A stretch of DNA of 58,818 nucleotides from an uncultured Candidatus Bathyarchaeia archaeon (GTDB taxonomy: Archaea; Thermoproteota; Bathyarchaeia; TCS64): positions 1 to 58,818 of the forward strand of contig CAYGAH010000026.1 in assembly GCA_964347685.1 (NCBI GenBank). The letters run 5' to 3'. Made by a program: the position numbers and the translations under genes. The notes below the pieces were generated by a model. It searched no databases and had not been told where the DNA came from. It saw nothing but the letters and a program-made list of their open reading frames with translations. This document shows, one piece after another, positions 54,510-58,818 of this stretch. Every line of letters starts with the position of its first letter. The first letter of the stretch is position 1.

Positions 54510-55517
54510 ATGAATCAGCTCGGTTCGAAGGCCCTCACAGCCACCCTTGCACAGCAGATAGCCCCCTTCATCATAATTACCGTAGTGGCGTGGTTCTTCC
54601 TCAAGGACATCGTCCTTGTCCTGGGGATAGGGGCCCTCGGGGCCCTTCTACTGACTTTTATCGAGTGGCTCGTCGCCCCCTCCCTGGTCTCCTCCCTCTT
54701 CCAGGTAAGGTGGATGGAGAGGGTGGACGACCCCGTCTTCTGGTCGATGGTCCACGGGGAGGCGGCCAAGGCAGGGGTGAAGGTGAGAAAGATAGGGATC
54801 ATCGACAGCGACGTGCCCAACGCCTTCGCCTACTCCTCCCTCTCCTTCAAGCCCCAATTCGTGTACACCAAAGGGGTGCTGCAGAACCTGAGTTTCTACG
54901 AGGCGAGGGCTATGACGAGATACCTCATCGGGGCCGCGAAATCGGGCTTGCTCCCTACTGTCACGGCGCTTTCGGGCCTCCTGAGCATTCCCCCCAGGCT
55001 GGCATGGGGCTACGTCGGTGCCAAAGTAAAGGGCGAGAACCCAGGCTTTGGCGAGCGCGTCTCCGCGGCCCTGAGCTATATTCCATTCGCCCTCACCTAC
55101 CCCCAGACGGTGATGGTCGGGAAGGTCCTTGCATTGAGTGGCGACGAGTTCTGCATCGAGGGTTCCTCGGCCCCTTCCGACTTCCTCAGCGCCCTCGTCA
55201 AGTCGGCGGAGAGCATATCAAGGTTACCCGCCGACCCGTTGCGCTCCCGGTGCGTATCCCTAAAGAGCCTCATGTTCCAAGACCCGACCGTGGCCGTAAG
55301 GGACGAGCCTGCCATGAGGCGTAGGATGGCGGACTGGGGGATCGACGTCCATAGCCTCACCCGAATCAACCACGATCCTCAAAAAGGGGACACGCAGATC
55401 CACGCGCTGGAGAAGTTCTGGCCCCAGCCTGGCCTTGTCGAGAGGATGGAGAGGGCCGTGGATTTTGCCCAAAAAAGAGGGGAGCCCATAAAGATGGGGC
55501 TGAGCTGGATCGCTTAG
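54510..55517 (+). CDS. HtpX/M48-like membrane protein lacking the HExxH zinc motif (probable pseudoprotease)
   Basis: 335-aa ORF with two N-terminal TM helices and DVPNAFAYS (the M48 PNAFA block). The segment aligned to HExxH reads AMTRYLIGAAK, and no HExxH occurs anywhere in the protein. The C-terminal WPQPGLVERMERA resembles the M48 HPPLxxRI block. Confidence 0.55.
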   Translation: MNQLGSKALTATLAQQIAPFIIITVVAWFFLKDIVLVLGIGALGALLLTFIEWLVAPSLVSSLFQVRWMERVDDPVFWSMVHGEAAKAGVKVRKIGIIDSDVPNAFAYSSLSFKPQFVYTKGVLQNLSFYEARAMTRYLIGAAKSGLLPTVTALSGLLSIPPRLAWGYVGAKVKGENPGFGERVSAALSYIPFALTYPQTVMVGKVLALSGDEFCIEGSSAPSDFLSALVKSAESISRLPADPLRSRCVSLKSLMFQDPTVAVRDEPAMRRRMADWGIDVHSLTRINHDPQKGDTQIHALEKFWPQPGLVERMERAVDFAQKRGEPIKMGLSWIA

Positions 55518-55519
55518 GG

Positions 55520-56107
55520 CTACTCTACTTTTATCTTGGACCCTCTACCCCTTCTCTCCTTCTTCTTGAATACCGTCTCGAGGATGCCGTTCCTGTAGGT
55601 AGACCTGGCAGAGGCCTCGTCTACCTCTGTGGGGAACTCAAGCTCCTTGTAGTACTTCCTGTCGGGCTTGTCGACGTTGATAGTGAGGGACCTCTCCGTG
55701 GCGAAGAGCTGTATGTCCTCCTTCTCAACGCCCGGAAGCTCCGCTATGACCTTGACGGTGTCGTCGTCCTCTATCACGTCTACTAGAGGCTCCCTCCTCT
55801 CCTGAAGGTCCAGTGGGGGCCTTCCCTCGCCGGAGACGCCAGGCTTGAGGTTCCCGAACTCCCGGATGATGGGCTTGCCGTCTGGCCCTATCTTGACTGA
55901 GTAGCCGTAGACGAATGGGCCGTACTCTCGTCTGATGGAGCCGTCAGGTAGCCTCCTCTCCCTCATCATCTCCTCGGGCATCGTCTCCTCCATGTCCTTG
56001 AGGCTCCTGGCGATCTCATTCTCCATCTCCTCCATCATCCTCTCGATGTCGGCGAAGAAGGGTCCACGCCTACCGAAGCGCTTGAACCATTCGTCCCAGA
56101 AAGACAT
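55520..56107 (-). CDS. Hsp20/alpha-crystallin family small heat-shock protein with a long N-terminal region
   Basis: 195-aa ORF with the alpha-crystallin domain PLVDVIEDDDTVKVIAELPGVEKEDIQL ... YRNGILETVF. Confidence 0.85.
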   Translation of the reverse strand: MSFWDEWFKRFGRRGPFFADIERMMEEMENEIARSLKDMEETMPEEMMRERRLPDGSIRREYGPFVYGYSVKIGPDGKPIIREFGNLKPGVSGEGRPPLDLQERREPLVDVIEDDDTVKVIAELPGVEKEDIQLFATERSLTINVDKPDRKYYKELEFPTEVDEASARSTYRNGILETVFKKKERRGRGSKIKVE

Positions 56108-56205
56108 CTTCCACCATCTTCTGAGAGCGAAAGACTACTTTTAAAGATATTCCAACTCGAACCCCTTAATAGCCTCAGCTGGGGCTATGATTCAGGGCGC
56201 CGTCG

Positions 56206-57366
56206 TTGACGATCCTGGTGGCTTACAGCGAGATAGCCCTGAAGAGCAGGTACGTCAGGAACAGGCTGGAGCGAATGCTCGCAGAGCACATAGTGTTCGT
56301 GCTCAGGAGGAAGGGCTTCGAAGACTTCCAGGTCCTCAGGAGGTTCGGTAGGCTATACGTCGAGGGCGTGCCCCAGGAAGCGGCGGCCCTCGTCGCCAAA
56401 GTCTTCGGGGTGGCCTCCGCAATGCCCGCCCATAGGACAGATTCATCCCTAGACTCCGTTATTGGTCTAATAGTCAAGGTCGCGGCGGACGCTATAAAGG
56501 GGGGGGAATCCTTCGCCGTTAGGCCCAAGGCGGTTGGCGAGCACCCCTATTCGAGCCGCGACCTGGCCGTCAAGGGGGGTTCTGCGGTGCTTGAGGCCCT
56601 CTCTGACAGGGAGGTCAGGGTCGACCTGGATGAGCCGGATGTCACTCTCTACGTAGAGGTCAGGGACAGGGACGCCTTCGTCTACACGAATATAATCCCG
56701 GGGGTTCTGGGCCTCCCATACGGCTCCCAGGGGAGGATGGTCTCCCTCTTCAGCGGGGGAATAGACAGCCCAGTAGCGGCCTGGCTGATGATGAAGAGGG
56801 GGGTCGCCGTCCTGCCCCTGCTGATGGACCAAAGGCCATGGGTTGGGGATGGCTACATAAAGAGGGCCAAAGACGCCTTCCGCTCCTTGAGGGAGTACGC
56901 CCCAGTCGCCGACTTCGATCTCTACGTCGCCCCGATGGGAGGGGTTATGGGCGCCATCATGGAGTCTCCTGAGCCCAGGTTCAGGTGCGTCCTCTGCAAG
57001 AGGGCCATGTACAGGATAGCCTCCGCGTTCGCAAGGGAGAAGAAAGCCAAGGGTATCATCACTGGGGAGAGCCTGGGGCAGGTGGCATCCCAGACACTAG
57101 ACAACATCTATGTGCTCGACGAGGCAGCCGAAATGCCCGTGATAAGACCAGTCATCGGCCTTGACAAGGTCGAGATCGAGGAAGTCGCGAGGGGGATAGG
57201 CACGTACGAAGTCTCGGCGGTGAGGGTCGATGGTTGCAAAGTTGTGCCAGGAAAGCCTGCAACCAGATCGAGCACAGAAAAGATATACGGCCTAGAGGAG
57301 AGGCTCGACCTCAAGAGGCTCTGTCTGGAAGCAGCCGCAAGGATAGAGAAGCGGGTTTTCGGCTAG
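56206..57366 (+). CDS. thiI: tRNA 4-thiouridine sulfurtransferase ThiI (THUMP plus PP-loop; TTG start)
   Basis: 386-aa ORF with LVAYSEIALKSRYVRNRLE (ferredoxin-like/THUMP N-terminus) and the PP-loop LFSGGIDSPVAAWL. Confidence 0.85.
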   Translation: MTILVAYSEIALKSRYVRNRLERMLAEHIVFVLRRKGFEDFQVLRRFGRLYVEGVPQEAAALVAKVFGVASAMPAHRTDSSLDSVIGLIVKVAADAIKGGESFAVRPKAVGEHPYSSRDLAVKGGSAVLEALSDREVRVDLDEPDVTLYVEVRDRDAFVYTNIIPGVLGLPYGSQGRMVSLFSGGIDSPVAAWLMMKRGVAVLPLLMDQRPWVGDGYIKRAKDAFRSLREYAPVADFDLYVAPMGGVMGAIMESPEPRFRCVLCKRAMYRIASAFAREKKAKGIITGESLGQVASQTLDNIYVLDEAAEMPVIRPVIGLDKVEIEEVARGIGTYEVSAVRVDGCKVVPGKPATRSSTEKIYGLEERLDLKRLCLEAAARIEKRVFG

Positions 57367-57425
57367 GTCCTCTTTGGATAAAAGATGAAATATCCCTGGG
57401 CGTTATTATCTGGGAGGAAACCGCC

Positions 57426-57689
57426 TTGTCCAAAATACCAGTGGACGCTTTCGCCGGGAGCGTTGACCTAGACTTCACGGAGGAGGAGGAGCACTGGAAC
57501 GTCTACAGGCTCAGCGACGGGTCAACCCTGAAGGTTAAGCTTGTTCTCAGGGGCGTGAAGCGCCTCAAGAGGTACGAGCCCGACGGGAACCCGATATACG
57601 TCATCAACTCCATAAACGTGGTCAGGGCTGTGGATGTGCCAGAGGAGCTGAAGGCAAAGCCCAAGGAGTCAGAGCTGCCCCCAGTATGA
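57426..57689 (+). CDS. Hypothetical small protein translationally coupled to the thyX-like genes (start uncertain: TTG 57426 or GTG 57441)
   Basis: The frame is open from inside thiI, with no ATG. The sequence after the thiI stop looks coding: DFTEEEEHWNVYRLSDGSTLKVKLVLRGVKRLKRYEPDGNPIYVINSINVVRAVDVP. Its stop overlaps the next ATG (ATGA at 57686-57689). Confidence 0.4.
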   Translation: MSKIPVDAFAGSVDLDFTEEEEHWNVYRLSDGSTLKVKLVLRGVKRLKRYEPDGNPIYVINSINVVRAVDVPEELKAKPKESELPPV

Positions 57690-58117
57690 GGGTGATCACC
57701 TTGAATCTGGAGCTGGTGGCCCACACCCCAGACGTGGAGACGCTAGTCGCCACAGCCATGCTCACGACGACCAGCGGGGCCAGACCATCAAACCTCTACC
57801 AGAGGCTCTTGGAGAATCCGGAGAAGGTGGAGGAGGTCGTAGGGAGGCTTGAGACCCAGCACGGCAGCATCCTGGAGCACAACAGGTTATGCTGGAGGGT
57901 TGAAGCGACGGAGACGGAGGTGCTGGAGACGCTCCTGAGATGCAGGTTCTTCTCCTTCACCAAGTTGGGGGGGTCCAGTTGGATCATGAGCGCCAACCTC
58001 AGGACGGTTGTCGAATATGCCCAGTCTTGCGAGGACGGGTTCGGCGAGGCCCTGGTCGAGTCCATCAAAGGCGTAGCACCCACGGTGTACGGCTTCATCA
58101 GGAGGCGGAGGGCTTGA
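57686..58117 (+). CDS. Degenerate ThyX-like protein (mini-ThyX paralog, signature motif eroded)
   Basis: 143-aa ORF. The N-terminus resembles ThyX (LELVAHTPDVETLVATAM...HGSILEH). The position of the RHRxxSxxxxSxR signature reads RCRFFSFTKLGGS. Confidence 0.5.
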   Translation: MRVITLNLELVAHTPDVETLVATAMLTTTSGARPSNLYQRLLENPEKVEEVVGRLETQHGSILEHNRLCWRVEATETEVLETLLRCRFFSFTKLGGSSWIMSANLRTVVEYAQSCEDGFGEALVESIKGVAPTVYGFIRRRRA

Positions 58118-58719
58118 AGGTTCAGCTCCTTAGCCACATCCCAACTGAGAGCATCCTAAAAAATTTCAGGGGGGAGGTCGATTCCGACGACGTTTCACAG
58201 CATCTATCGTTCACCTTCGCCATCGAAGGGATAAGCCGGGCATGCAGCCACCAGCTGGTCCGCCACCGCGTCGCCTCCTTCTCCCAGCAGAGCCAGAGGT
58301 ACATAACGGTTAGGAGGCTTGCGGAGAGGGTCGTCATCCCCGGGACTATAAGGGAGAAGGCTGCGGCGAAGTTCAGGTCCTTCATAGAGGGGGCGAGCGA
58401 GGCATACCAAAGCCTCGTGGACGAGGGTATACCCAAGGAGGACGCTCGCTTCGTTCTCCCGAACGCCACAGAGACCAACCTCCTCATGACCATGGAGGGG
58501 AGGCCCCTGATGCACTTCTTCGGCCTCAGGTGCTGCAACAGGGCCCAGTGGGAGATAAGGGCTCTGGCCGACGAGATGCTCAGGCAGGTGAGAGAGGTCG
58601 AGCCAAAGGTTTTCGGTAAGGCGGGCCCCTACTGCTACCAGATAGGCTACTGCCCCGAGGGAAGGTTCTCCTGCGGGAGGATTGAGGAAGTCAGGGAAAA
58701 GTATGCCAACTTGCAATGA
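58114..58719 (+). CDS. thyX: Flavin-dependent thymidylate synthase ThyX (TTG start overlapping the upstream stop)
   Basis: 201 aa with the canonical signature RHRVASFSQQSQRY, plus ARFVLPNATETNLLMTMEGRPLMHFFGLRCCNRAQWEIR. The track ORF start at 57940 adds an Arg/Gly-rich overlap that looks non-coding. Confidence 0.85.
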   Translation: MKVQLLSHIPTESILKNFRGEVDSDDVSQHLSFTFAIEGISRACSHQLVRHRVASFSQQSQRYITVRRLAERVVIPGTIREKAAAKFRSFIEGASEAYQSLVDEGIPKEDARFVLPNATETNLLMTMEGRPLMHFFGLRCCNRAQWEIRALADEMLRQVREVEPKVFGKAGPYCYQIGYCPEGRFSCGRIEEVREKYANLQ

Positions 58720-58818
58720 ATCATCCTTACTAATCGATAAACCATAGCACCGATTGATTAACCTTTTAGTGTTCAGTAACGAATCTTACTCAAAGGCGGG
58801 GTAAGGCTTCTTGAGGGT

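Noticed and set aside
58114-58117. The possibility that the two ThyX-like ORFs are one gene broken by a frameshift.
   Set aside because: It is not fully excluded. However, each ORF begins with its own ThyX-like N-terminal segment, and the region where the two frames overlap (57940-58113) translates as Arg/Gly/Gln-rich junk in the second frame. Tandem paralogs are therefore more likely than a split single gene, and read-level inspection would decide.

Overview
This is a G+C-rich, densely coding archaeal chromosomal segment. The assignment rests on archaea-specific genes: eL19, eL32, eS4, RNase P Rpp29, Orc1/Cdc6, NucS, EndA, an Sm-like protein and TrmB. All function calls come from reading motifs by eye, with no database search. 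The backbone is a 24-gene minus-strand cluster (31.4-44.8 kb) running uL3-uL4-uL23-uL2-uS19 | uL22-uS3-uL29-Rpp29-uS17-uL14-uL24-eS4-uL5-uS14-uS8-uL6-eL32-eL19-uL18-uS5-uL30-uL15-SecY, followed by AlaX. The left end (1-4.5 kb) is a tetrahydromethanopterin (H4MPT) biosynthesis-type cluster: a DmrX-like flavoprotein, beta-RFAP synthase, DUF447, a nucleotidyltransferase and a CitG-like protein. The rest is housekeeping and metabolism: Rio2, IlvD, a Tes-like radical SAM protein, M16 peptidase, GyaR, a Tdh/Kbl pair, TopA, HisS, Nth, HflX, inositol-1-phosphate synthase, a hybrid histidine kinase, Hsp20, ThiI and ThyX. I saw no rRNA, convincing tRNA, CRISPR array, transposase or integrase. Two real small genes are missing from the ORF track: uS14 (36900-37055) and a 54-aa C2H2 zinc-finger protein (24978-25142). 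The most interesting observations are listed here. (1) A threonine-synthase-type PLP enzyme carries a C-terminal PadR-like winged helix. It lies next to two divergent ECF S-component genes whose shared promoter region holds three copies of a 22-bp palindrome, which suggests a ligand-sensing regulator/transporter module. (2) Three translationally coupled genes encode a small protein, a degenerate mini-ThyX and a canonical ThyX. (3) A roughly 28-bp palindromic element occurs three times, twice bracketing the tdh-kbl pair and once upstream of ilvD. (4) A candidate structured RNA with its own TATA box lies upstream of hflX. (5) An HtpX/M48-like membrane protein has no HExxH motif. (6) An AT-rich spacer splits the ribosomal cluster between uS19 and uL22.
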